Source: Raillietiella orientalis
Lineage: Eukaryota
Assembly: GCA_036172245.1 (NCBI GenBank)
Contig: JAYWIR010000001.1
Span: 3,968,001-4,032,000, forward strand
Length of the DNA: 64,000 nt
Direction of reading: 5' to 3'
Under the pieces are notes generated by a model. It was not told where the DNA came from, made no database searches, and saw only the letters and a list, made by a program, of their open reading frames with translations. Each line of letters starts with the position of its first letter. The stretch's first letter is position 1. This document shows, in pieces, positions 24,201-36,200 of this stretch. Both the position numbers and the translations under genes were made by a program.

Positions 24201-27200
24201 TATTATGATTGGTTTTAAGGAGAACCATTCAGACTACCATGATGAAGATGGACGGAATCATCACTTCCATAATCTTGCAGCTTGCCTTCCAATTACCAGC
24301 GGGAAGTTCAAGACCACGGCAATGATTTTCATCCCTCACGGTTCCATAACATGCGTACAGCTCGAATAATTATCGATGCTCTTTAGCGTGGTGGTTCTGC
24401 CGCACGAAAATGTTGCGTGAATATTGAAATGCCCTTCTATTTCGGTTCTTCTATTTCGGTTGCTTGGGGGTAAACAAACCTTGTATTACGTTTCCTGTAG
24501 TCGCGGATCCCATTATCGGAATAACATTTCTTATCGTGGACGGGGTGTTGCACCCGGAAGACAGCAAGGTAAAAAACTGAAGGTGGGGAATTAACGTGGG
24601 GATGCACCCGAGGCCTCCATGCAGCACACACACAAAGATGCTCACGGTTTTTGACTCGTAGGAGGTCACTTCGATTTTGCGTGCAGCTGACTGCCGATTC
24701 ATGCGATGCAGCGCCAAACGAACCTCCTGACCCCTCGCAAACATCGCCTACAGCAGGACGAACTGACTGGACGGGCAGAGGACGTGAAACTGCGTGCTGC
24801 ACCCTGCACTACCGCTGAATCATTCGCCTTGCGATGATCATCGAAGGACACGGCGAAACCAAAAGGGTTACTTTCAAACCATGGCAACTGGTAGCTTCCA
24901 ACCCAGCCCATGGCAAAAATAGGCCACCGACTGAGATCAGATTTGGTACTTAGAGGGGTGAGCATGCTTGGGAGATCTTTCCAATGTGAGGCAGAGGAAA
25001 AGCAAATACCACTCCTTTTCGGAGGGAGTCGCGGCTGCAGTGAACGCAAGAGTCCGGCAAACAGCTATGTGGTGAGGAGGGCTAAAGACTCTATAAGACA
25101 AGAAGTCAGAATAGGGGAGGAGATGGTCTGCGGTGCTTTGCGTGTTTGAGAGACGTACTAAAAATCAGAATAGGTCAAGGGCTAAACTGAGGCCTCACTT
25201 TTAATGAATTCTCCAGGAAGATGAGCTAAGCCAACCCTCCTAACTGGACGGATGGAGAAGGGACCCTCTGCCAGCTTCCTCTGCCTTCCTTAAAAGGTTG
25301 CCCGTCGAAACATAGAACTGAATGAAAATCCGTTCTTCAAAAACGATGAATGAGTTCCCGTGCTAAGGAGACCGGTGTTCTTCCTGCCATCACCTGAAGG
25401 TTCACGACCGTGTGTTCATTGCAGCTAATGAGATGACATTTCAAGAGATGAATTCCAAGATCCGATCACCATACAGTTTCAGTGAGCTCATCTTCGATTT
25501 CAGCTCCAGACTACACTCTCAAAGCTGCGCACATCGAGTTGGTTCGGTTGCTGGATGCTCCAGCAAAAAAAAGCTTTTTCGGCGTCTGATGCAATATGTT
25601 TACCGATGCAATGTGACCACCGATCTCTGGATCATCTCTTCGCTGTTCTTCCTTTTACTCCTAGATTCGTCCAGTGCCAGCCAGTCAGCAGAAATGTAAC
25701 GGAGGAGGGCATCTATCCTGAGTTTGCGGTTTGGAAGCGCTCTTCCCAGCAGAGCTGCACCGTTTTCGAGATCATACCGAGAAGGCAACTCGAGCACTGT
25801 TTACGAAATTGCCTTCCCAAGCTCAAAATCTGACGTTTCCTACACCCTAAAGGACACGCCAGGCATCTCATGTCGCCACGAGCATTCGCCGTTCGACCTC
25901 AATGGATTGTTAAAAGCAATGATTGTCCCGAAACTTTGCTATGGAAACTGAGTTGATGGTGCTTATCAGTCGCTTGAGTGCTCTCAGATGCTGCATTCAG
26001 CGTCGCAACATTTTTTCAGTTACCGGAATCGCAATACGCGGGGGCTGATGCTCCGCTTCGTGATTCCAGTCTATCCCGAGCGTTGATAGGTTATTCAAGG
26101 GAGCATCTTGCTCCGAAAGGAACTACCGGGATAGAACTTGGTGCAGGCGAGAAGTGTCTATGCGAGGGAACCCACCCCAGACCTTCAACAGGAGGAAGCA
26201 GTAAGCTAATCGGACATTCGGGCAACGTGCAAAGTGCTTTCGCGTTCCAGGAGGTTTCATTGGAGCAGGCAGGGGAGGAGCTGGGAATATTGACTGCTCT
26301 GAGTTTACGCGAGCGCAGCTCGAATCCCGACAGAGTGCAAAAAGAGTAAAAAAAAAAAAATCAGAAAGAGGAAATGTAAAACAAGATGCCACCAGGGACA
26401 GAAGACATGACGTGTGTCGGCTCAAGGCCATTCCTGTGGACTAGGGAAAGGAAACACCAGCCTTGCTTCTTATGACCACCATCGCACCAACACTGTGGAG
26501 GGATGCTTGCACACACATGCACCTGCCGGATGCCCAGTCGATCGGCTATGCGGAGCCTAACCTTGCTCGAGGCATCGAATCGCTCCGTTTCAGTGTTTCA
26601 TTTGATTTTGTTTTGTTTTCTGCAAACAGTGATGGCAGAAGAAACACACATATGTATCCGCGTTTGATCTTCATTCCTGAATGCAACTCCATCTTTTGGC
26701 ATGAAACAGGTTTCCAGAAACGGAAGCACTATCTGCGGATTCGGGAATCCGTCTGAGTACAGTCCAGGAACCAATTAGGTCGCCTGTACGTGATGTCTCT
26801 GCTTCCTCACACCACTTTTCCTCCTACATGATTTCAAATTTGATTTGCAACTTCCGCTCCCGATGTTTTGTTTTGAACTTTGTCACATTTTCAGGGCAGG
26901 AGAGAACCACAGAGGCAGGAGGGAAGCTCACGGTCCAGGAGGACAAAAGATAATGGAACTCGCGGAAAACATCCTCGGCGTTCAAACTTACGACGACGGG
27001 GGGAAGAAGAAGCTCTTCCGACGGGGCTGCCCTGCCTCTGCTTTGAAGCCAGAAAGGCTGCAGGTACACATCTTCGGAGGCCTCGGTTCTCCCGAAGACG
27101 AGAGCTCAGTTTACCTTGTTCTACCGCGAGTGTTCCTCTCAGCCCCGAGCATCCTTCTCAGCCAAGCAAGCACTCTTTCCTCAGGGTCTTTGGCAGTGAG

Positions 27201-30200
27201 GCGCATCTCCAGCGCATGACACCTTTTTTTTTTCTCTCTCTCTCTCTCTCCCCTCCTTTGGTTTCCGGAAGTATCTATGGTTACCGAGTCGTTCCTGTGG
27301 CAGTTTCATCCGATCGGATCATTGCGCGGTTTCCTGCTTCCTCGCGGCTGGGTTAACCGAGGACGGAATGAAGCTACGGAATGAGCAAAAATCCGAGTGA
27401 GACGAAAACACAAAGCATCCTGGACAACATAAGGACTGTTCCGTTTCACCTGTGCATTTCGCCTCTGCTTTTCATCATGGAGCTGCATCTACGGAGCCCA
27501 CTCTAAAGCGATGACGGGTGCTCGACGCAACGCTCACGTCTCACGGAAGGGATGATCAATATCAATCCTCAGTAAAAGTTTTTGCGAAACAGGCAGGGTC
27601 TGCTCTCACGCGAAGATGTTCGCGGTAGAAGAAGAAGAAGAAATGAAAAAAAAAAAGGAGACGGAAGACCTCAAGAAACAAAAGTGATTCAGAAGTTCGA
27701 TTGCGGTCATCTTATCTGGTTAACTCCGAGTCACGCTCTGTTTATACGGAAGAAGCTGACCGCACAGGCTCCGTTCTTTAGGGATGAGGCGAGGAAAGAT
27801 CATCCTTCCTCGCCTCGTTTCTTTGGAAGCGGGAAATAAGCACAAATCAATAAACGGAACATTGAGAGATGAGGGGGCAGGAATCAAACCTACAATCAGC
27901 TTCATCTGACTGATCTCCAAGGCCACAATTGAAGAAAGAGTCACACTTCAGTTTGCTGGATACACAGAAACTGCTGACTTTGCAGTGGAACTGGTCACAG
28001 CCGGGACCTGGAAGCAGGGAGGAAGTGGAGTCAAGACGTGGTTCAGCCAGTCCTTCTCCCACTTGCCATTCTTAATCTCGGTCCACACTGCACGGAATCC
28101 GGATCCCCCGGTTGACTTGTCGGCGGATATGAACCTGAAAGGCCAAGAGCAAGTTTTCGCCGTTGTCATCGCTTGGAAGGGAAGCTGCTTCTCCCCCTCT
28201 CCCCCCCCTTCTCTCTCGTAGATGGCGAACCCATCGCATGCAACGGAGAGGCAAAGCGGGCGGTTTCGCTCCCGCCCACCACCGACCCCGCGAACTCCCG
28301 AGAAGTTCGGGATGGAAATATTCCCGGAGCTGGAGCTCCCGAAGGCTCCTAGCTGAGGTGCTCGGCATCGTCCTGAGGCTCTTGAGGCGAGTGGGGCATC
28401 GCCGGCTCTTCCGCATTCTGTGAAGGTGTGGCCCTTTACCGGTCCCTACTGAGGAAGAGGTGGGGGGTGTAAGAGGGAGGCATCTGCTTCGAAAGAGCCG
28501 GCCGCCAGCAACAGATGTCCTGCTTCGATCCCTTCTCCCTTTCTTCCTGTTCTCCCGTTGGCTCCAAAGCAAGCTCAAGGAGCCTTTGAGTGGCGGGGAG
28601 AATTTAAGGAAGAGGTGGAGGACTTTTGCTTTTTCCCTTTCTCTGTTACCTTGCTAATCCTTAGAGAGGTTCTCGTAAGGATCTGGCGCCTGAGATTCCC
28701 TGCTACCTCAGAATGGGAGGCTTCTCTCTGTGTTTTAGATACTTAGAGGAACTCGAGATTTTCGTAGCTTGGGAAAGCGACGACAGTCTAAGGGTTCCGA
28801 GGGCAAATCGACCTCCAGAGAAGGATAGCTTTCCCTCCTTAGGGTCGGAGCTTCGACCAAGGTACCACCCCTCGGTCCGAATTCCCAGCGGAATTTCGCA
28901 GGCTCCCCTATCCCCCTTCCCGCTCTGTCGGATGGATCTAAGATTCCTTCTTCGCCTGTCCCTCGCCTCGAGGTCTCGGTTTCGTCTGTTGCAGGCCAAA
29001 GTCCCGCTGAATCTGCTGAAGAGGTGTCAATCCACTGAGACGAACCCGCATGGGTTAGTTGGGCCACGATCCCCTCAGACAAACCTCCCGCGCAAGCGAG
29101 ATTCCTGTGGTGCTGTCCCTTCAAAACACCCCCTACGGATATCTGGTCTCTCGGCCGAGCAGTACTGGGTCCTGAGATGCCGCAGCTTCCTGACCGTCAT
29201 GCACAGACAATGAACTCTTGTCTCCTGCGACGTCATAGTTCCAGTTTCCTGCCGCTCGATTGGGGTCCAGTGATTTCCTTGCTACGCTGGATCCGGTCCT
29301 TTTGCTGATCTTTACGAAGGGGCTGGTGCCTCGTCCTTCTCACCTCTATCCTCCTTTTGTCCTGCCCTTTCCTTTCTTTTATCCAGACCAATCACTTGAG
29401 GTAGAGGCGTCCAAAATTTTAGTCTTCGAAGGACCATCAGCGAGCAGAAGCAGCTGCCGCTTGCCGTTCCACATCCCCATTTTCTGCAGCAGCGGTCCAC
29501 TTGGGCCCAGCCCTCCTCCTTCACTCACGAATGCATTCGAATCTGGGACATGCTTCTAGCCCCTGTTCCTCATCTTGAGGAAATTTCGTTTTTCTGCGGG
29601 GAATAAGGGTTTTGAAGAAATGCGGAGGTAGAATAACTTTCCTCAGCTTCCACTGCCTTTCTTGAAACGCCCTGCTTTGCCCATCGTTGACAGAGGGGGA
29701 GAGGGAGGAAGAAGGGAGGAAAAGGAAGGGAAGAGGGGCATTCCTTCTCCCCCTTCTTCCTCCCTTTCTTCTTTCCACCCATCTTCCTCATTTACTCCCC
29801 CTTTCTTCCTTCCTTACTCCTCCCTCTTTCGCTGTTCGAGCTCTGAGCATTCTTCTGCCATTCTCCGTCCTCAGACTAAATCTGCAGGTCCCAACCTTCG
29901 GCGTTGCACAGCTGCAAAGGTTGGTTGGTCGTCCAGAGATTCGACTAGGAACCAGCTTCTCCGTGGGATGTTCTCGTCCAGACGCCTCGTCAAGTGAATG
30001 CCCAGGATGTTTGGGCCCCGGAAGGGGCCTCATCAACTTGCAGAGCCAAAGAATGAACCAGGAGCAGAAGGAAGAGGGTTGCGTCACATGAGGACAACCG
30101 TGCACTCTTGTCTTCTCCCAGACACCTGTCGGAATGAGTCTCTCTGTAGGACAGAGTAAGCGTTCCAGTAACGCCCAACTGGTCCAGAACATCTCTTTCT

Positions 30201-33200
30201 GACCACCTGCCTAACCTAAACCTCCCATCTCAAGGCACCGGCAACAGCCGTGCGGACCAATTTTTGGAACCTCGGCAAGACAGGCAACAACGAAGCTCTT
30301 CGAGCGCCCGAAACCTTCCGCGGAAGGCGCTCGGGACATCTCCAAGAACCTCCGGGATAGAGGGAAAATTTCGCCGCAAAGGTGGCGGTCTTGTTTGTCC
30401 GGTGGCTCCTGCAGCGCCCCCCGCAGGCAGAAGAGAGGGAGGGACGGCTCCGGTCGATCGAAACGAGGCGGCGGGCGAAAGAGGGGAACCCAGCGAGAAA
30501 CAACAGTTGCAGCAAGAGCAACAAGAAGCAAGCCTTGGCGATGATGGATCACGAGCGTCCAGGAAGGTGGACAGACGCTGCTGCTGCTTTACCGGTTCAG
30601 CCACGGAAAGCACGGAGGGCTCCTCCCTGCTTGCTTTTCCCTTCTCGCCACTCGGCTCTCCGAGGAACGAGGGCTGCGCGCGCGAGAGAGCATATGTGCT
30701 CGGGAAAAGAAAAGAGACAGAAAGGTCCAAGCGAGCGGGAGGGACCTCCGTCTGTTCCGATAGTGCCAAATTCTCGTCACGAGTTCCCATGAAAAATTCG
30801 CCCATGCGTGAGGAGCCTTCCGTGCTCGCGCATACAGGGGGCGCTTGGGATCGGTCCGCGCCTCTCTGGGAAGGACCAGTGGGCAAGAAGAGCTGCTTCC
30901 CTCGGTTTCAAGGCCCAGAAAAGCGAGACGCGCAGCCGATTCTTGAAGACTCAGGATCTCGAGGTCTCTCCCATCCTGTTCCCTTTCCCCAGGAATCTCC
31001 TCCTTCTCTCCCCTTTTCCATTCCCTGAAGCAAGGTAAAGACTCATGGCAGCTCCACTTACGAGATGCGGAGCGAGTTCGCCTGCGTTAGGATCTGCCGG
31101 TGCTCCTCTTTCAGCTTCTGCCCGCACAGCTCGATGGGCGTGTTCGAAGAGGTAGCGTAGATGCGCACGGCGGCGCTTGCACAGCCACGTTCTGGCGGAG
31201 GTGTAAAGAGAGCAAACAGGGAGGGATGGAGGCTCACCTTCCGGGTCCCCTTCCATGGAGAACCTGTCGAACACAAAGAGGATCCTGTTCGGGGGACGTA
31301 CCCGGATGAACCAGTTGCAGGTCTGAGCCACGGCTTCGTAGCGGTCCGGGTGGTTGGGGCTCGAGATGACGCCGCTCTCACCAGTCGTAATGTTGGCGCC
31401 GCAGTCTCCTAGGAGGGGGGGAGAAAAGGCACACCGTCAGCCCTCGCAGGGAACCTCCAGACTCTTCCGCTTTTTTCATTTTTTTTCTTTTCTTTTTCAT
31501 TACCGACGGCGGATTTCACAGACTGGAAGATGTAGCGAGCTCTGAATCCCCCGGACACACCTTGGCCGTCCGCACGCAGGGTGACTTTTAGCCCCTTGCT
31601 GCCTGGCCCGGATTCTATTGGGGCGGGTGCATACCTTCCACAGTATTTACCCATCATCAACTCGCTGCTGTCGTGGAGGTCGTGCAGCTCAACCCAGTCT
31701 TCGTCGCAGTCCTCGCTGGGTTAGCACGCGCAAGCGCATTGAAAGGGGGACGGGCGCAAACAGCACGTCTCACCCGTACGAGTTCTCCTTGGGGTGCAGG
31801 GTCGTCAGGTCAAACGCGTCGAAGACCAGCCGGACCGCTTCATTCTCCCCGGCCTGCGGAGAAAAATAGAGACGGGAAGCAGAGAGTCGGTGCGGATTTG
31901 CAGAGGGGGTGGCGGGGGGTCGGAGAGAGGAAGCGGAAAAGGAGCTAGGCTGCAGCCCCCATCGCTGCCGCCGCCACCGCTACCAGGACGCTCGCGTTCT
32001 TTTCGAATTGCGCGACACAAGCGATCAGCAGCGGACAGCGAGTGCGCGCGGTACCGGAGGTCAGCACCCTCAGTGCCTCAGCCCGACGCTCCGCCGAGAA
32101 GCAACATGCTAGGATGATGGAGATCCCTCGGAGTTCTCCTGTTTTTGCTGAATTCCTTCCGGTCTCTTTTTCTTTTGGTTCTCCAGGAGTGCTGAATAAT
32201 TGTCCGCCTCCTTACAGGGAGCTCACGAAGCTCTTTGACACCGCCCACACCACCCGAGGGTGCGTGGAACTCTTCAAGTTAAAGGGGGAATCCAGGGAGA
32301 CTGTTATCACCCTATAAATCCAGAAAGGGCTCTGGAGTAAGGAGTCGGCCATTCTCCCTCCTGGGAAGGAACTCTGAAGAGAACCCTCCAGCCTGGTTGT
32401 CTCCAAAGAAGGAAGGAAGCCTCTTCCTTGTTCTCTCAGAAAAGACTCCCTGGTTTGTGGGGCGGTTCCTCGTCTCTTCTCCAGGGGCACCAGCAAGGGA
32501 TGAATCGCTTCCTGTTTCCTCCTCTGGAGAGAATCCCCAAGGAACACTTCCAAATTTTCTCTGAAGGGTCGCTGCCGAAGGGATCGGAGCACTTGTTCAC
32601 ACTCTGGAGAGGTGCCAACCTGCTTCATGTCCCCATCTTCACAGTCAGAGGGATACCCTGAATAGAACCCACTCCTTGATTCCTGAAAGGGCCCCGGAGG
32701 GTGACCTTCAATCCTGGCCAGTCAGCAGAGGCATACGGCTTCCACCAGTGCCGCACCCGAAGCCCCGCAGATCAACGAGCGCCATCCTGCAAGGGGAACT
32801 CGAAACCCACCCATCCCCTATTTCTCGACATCGATCCTTCCCCGGGCAGCATTCGAATCCGCAACGCTGAATGCCGTGCGAGGACCGCAGTCATACTGTC
32901 ACCAACGCGGGCAGCTTCAAGACCCCCCGAAAGATATTCGCCAAAGTTGAATCTAACACAAGGCGAGTTGAGCGCTCGCGCATGTGAGAGCGTCCCTATT
33001 CTCGATCGCTGCCTCCGTCCTCCATCCGAGATCTTCTGGAAGACCCATCCGCTCCGTCGCCGAGCACGTTTCTTCCTTCGAGAAACTCCAGGGGTACGCC
33101 GACCAGGAGTCTTTTCCGCTCACGAGGACTTCTGGAGCTTCCGCGCAGGAAGGCATAAGTGCTTGCGGGCAAGAGATCGACAGAGATGAGGAATTTGAAA

Positions 33201-36200
33201 GCGGGTGCAAGAAGGTCGACCCTCGATTGCGAGGATTTCCTCTCAGGAGAACCACTCTTCTCCATCGCCCCTGTCGACTCTGCTTGCGCTTCGCCGCTGT
33301 GCGACGCAAGGTGCGCGGAAGCAGAAGTTTCCGGTGCCTGATGGTCATCCTATTCTTCCAGAGATCAGGACCCAAGTAGGGGCCGACCGCTACTCTTATC
33401 CTGCTGTGCATCCCTCCATTAGCGACGGGCGACACTGGCGTCGGTATGAGACTCATCCCCGGGTAGATGCACTTCCTTCCAGTGCGACCTTCCCTGCAAC
33501 CGCCTCAGTGCTTTCCTTTTTCGTTCGGAGTTGCCGATATCCTCGGAACCGATCCCAGAAGTCTAGGCCGTGGGTCAGCCTCGGCAGCTGTAAGCCAGAA
33601 TGACACGTTCTCCTTGGAAACGCCTGCATGAAATTCTGCTTCGTAGTGCCAACCTCCTCCCTCCTCCCCCAAGAAACGCAGACCACTCTTTTCTTTGCTG
33701 AGAGCCCTCTGCCGAGGGGATTCTGGGTGGACGTTGGATGCGCCCTTTTCTTTCCGGGACGGCATCCAGCTCGGAAGTCAATCGAAGCCTCTTTCGACAG
33801 ACTGAGGTCAGAAGTTTCTCCAGAGATTCGTCTCTGGTATTCTCCCTCCTGGAAGAGATGCATGCATCTTAGCAGTTTCCGAAGGAGCAAACTTTGCATG
33901 GAAATCTTCGTCTCATTTCGTGATTCTAGATCCAGAAGTACTACTGGATAATGAATACTCCATCACTCCCTCTGAGGCTTTTGTCCGCAACTCTGGTATT
34001 GCAGGAATTCTTGCTGAGGTTCCTGTGCTCTTCTCTAGTGCTTGGGTGTAGGTCTGAACGGGGAAGACTAGTCGTACCGACGGATTTTTTTCTCATCCTT
34101 TAAGAGATGTTCACAATTCGGTGCTCGGATGTGGCTGAGCCTTCACAAGAAGGCTTGTGGCCTCTTCTTAACGATGGAGGAGCAAATCTGTCAGTGAGGC
34201 CAGTCTTCCCCGTTCGGAGCAGGAGAGGCTCTTCTGCTCCTCCTCTTGCTTTCTGTATCCTTGAGCGCCTGCGTGGATGGATGAGCCTTCTAGCTTCTTG
34301 CATCGCAAAAGCGAAGACCCTCTCTTTCCTGATTCTCTAAAATTCCTTAGAGGTACAGAACGAGCTTTCTCCTAGCTGGTCGCTTTTTATCTGTGCGGGA
34401 ATCTGCGCTTCCAAACAGCTGACGTCGCTAGCCGCAGTTGTCTTGGAAATTCATGCCTTCTGTTTTCGAAGGTGCTGGTTAACTATTTTGCAAGTGCACG
34501 AGCTCTACAGGTGCCTCGGCTTGGTAACAGGAGGTGCCCTAAATGAGGGTCGAGATGCTGTTGAACCCAGAAGAGTTCGCGAGACAGGGAATGAACGTAA
34601 GCAGATGACTACAGAAGCGCATTCGGTGTATCGCGAAGAACCGAAGGACCTTTATGTAGCTTAGAGTGGATCGGGAGGAGATCTGAATTGAGCTATCGAG
34701 TGGCGATTCTTCCTGATGCCGCACACTCGATCGCAGCTCTCGCTTCTGCGGAGTGTGACAACACCGCTCGCCGGGCAACGCGCAGGATCTCTGCTAGCTT
34801 TTTCGGCATCCTTCTCGCGTTTCCTGCCAGCTGTTTCCTCCCACTGATCCGGCAGGAACGTTTCGATCTTCATCCCGACGTGAATGCGGAGATCCCTCGT
34901 TGTGCGTGCTCAGAAGGCCCGCGCTTGTTCGTTCCGCAAACCCTCAGGCTGAAGAGAAAGTCAGCGCCTCAATCGCCACCTTCCGTCGGATTGCTGGCTA
35001 CATTTGAACGCGGCCGGAGAGGTCGCCAGCACCCTCTTGACCGCATTTCCAAACCACGGCTTCCTCAAGCAGTGCGCTCATCTTTGCGTGAATGCTTGGC
35101 ATCCTACACGTTGAGGCGGCGGAGCGAACGACGGAGGGTGCGTGCCACGGGTCGTCGATCACTTACCAAGAACATGTAGACGCAGGTTGTGTTAGATGGG
35201 TAGTGGGATGGGTGTCTGGGGGAGTTGAACTCCCCCCTGAGCTGGCTCGAGCTACGGTAGGTAAAGTGGCAGTTTCCATCCGGCGCCTGCGTGCCGGGAA
35301 TTTGGTACTCTGAAGAGACAAGGACAAGCATATCGGTCTCTGAGGCGCCGCCTCTGCGGCGAAGATGGGTATGTCACCTGCGCCCCCCGGTTGTCGCCTC
35401 ACGCGAGCAAGAACCAACCTGTTTCGAACCGGTAATGGGCCTTGAACCCCTGGCCCTGTCTTTCGCCGCTGCTGAAGATCATCATGACTCGTGGTCCTTC
35501 TGTCATAAGAGGTGCGGGCAGCTCCTTCCCGCAGAACTCGATGTCGAACTTGTCGAAACCTTGGAAAGTCTCCTGTCCGTGCACGTAAATTTTGAGATAT
35601 CCGTCGGTGCACCTGGAAAGGGGCGACGAAGGGCGACTGAAAACGGTTTTCTCCGGGAGGGACAAGGGGGTGGGGAGGGGGGAGGAGGTTGCGGCGGTCG
35701 CATCGCCCCTGCCGGGACACCAAGCTGGAGGGAGAAAACGAAGGGGAAAAAAAGCATCCCACTTACTCTCCCTCTTTGTCTTCGCCGCCGGGAATGTCAA
35801 ACTTCTCGAATTCCAGGTAGACCTTTTCGAAGTGCTGGATGTCGTGCATCCCGTAGATGTAATACTTGCACACGATTTTGGGGATGTACGGGAAGGGGTA
35901 GTTGGGACTGTAGATCGTTCCGTTGGATTTCTCCTTGCTCAGGATCGTTTGATCGCACTCTGTTCCGCGCAGGTGAGTCCCCTCGTTTTTGGTGATGAAA
36001 TCTGGGGGAGAGATTTCGGAAGTTTGCCCCTTCCATGTCTCCGGCTATGACCGTCCTCTAGACCTAATTTGACGAAGCTCTCGCTGAATTCGAAAAGACC
36101 CGTGAACCCTCTGTTCTGCACGTCGGACACCCGCTTCAAGGAAGAAAAGGTGACGTAAAGCGTGTTGTCGCTGGAGAACACGACCACATTCCTCTGCTGA

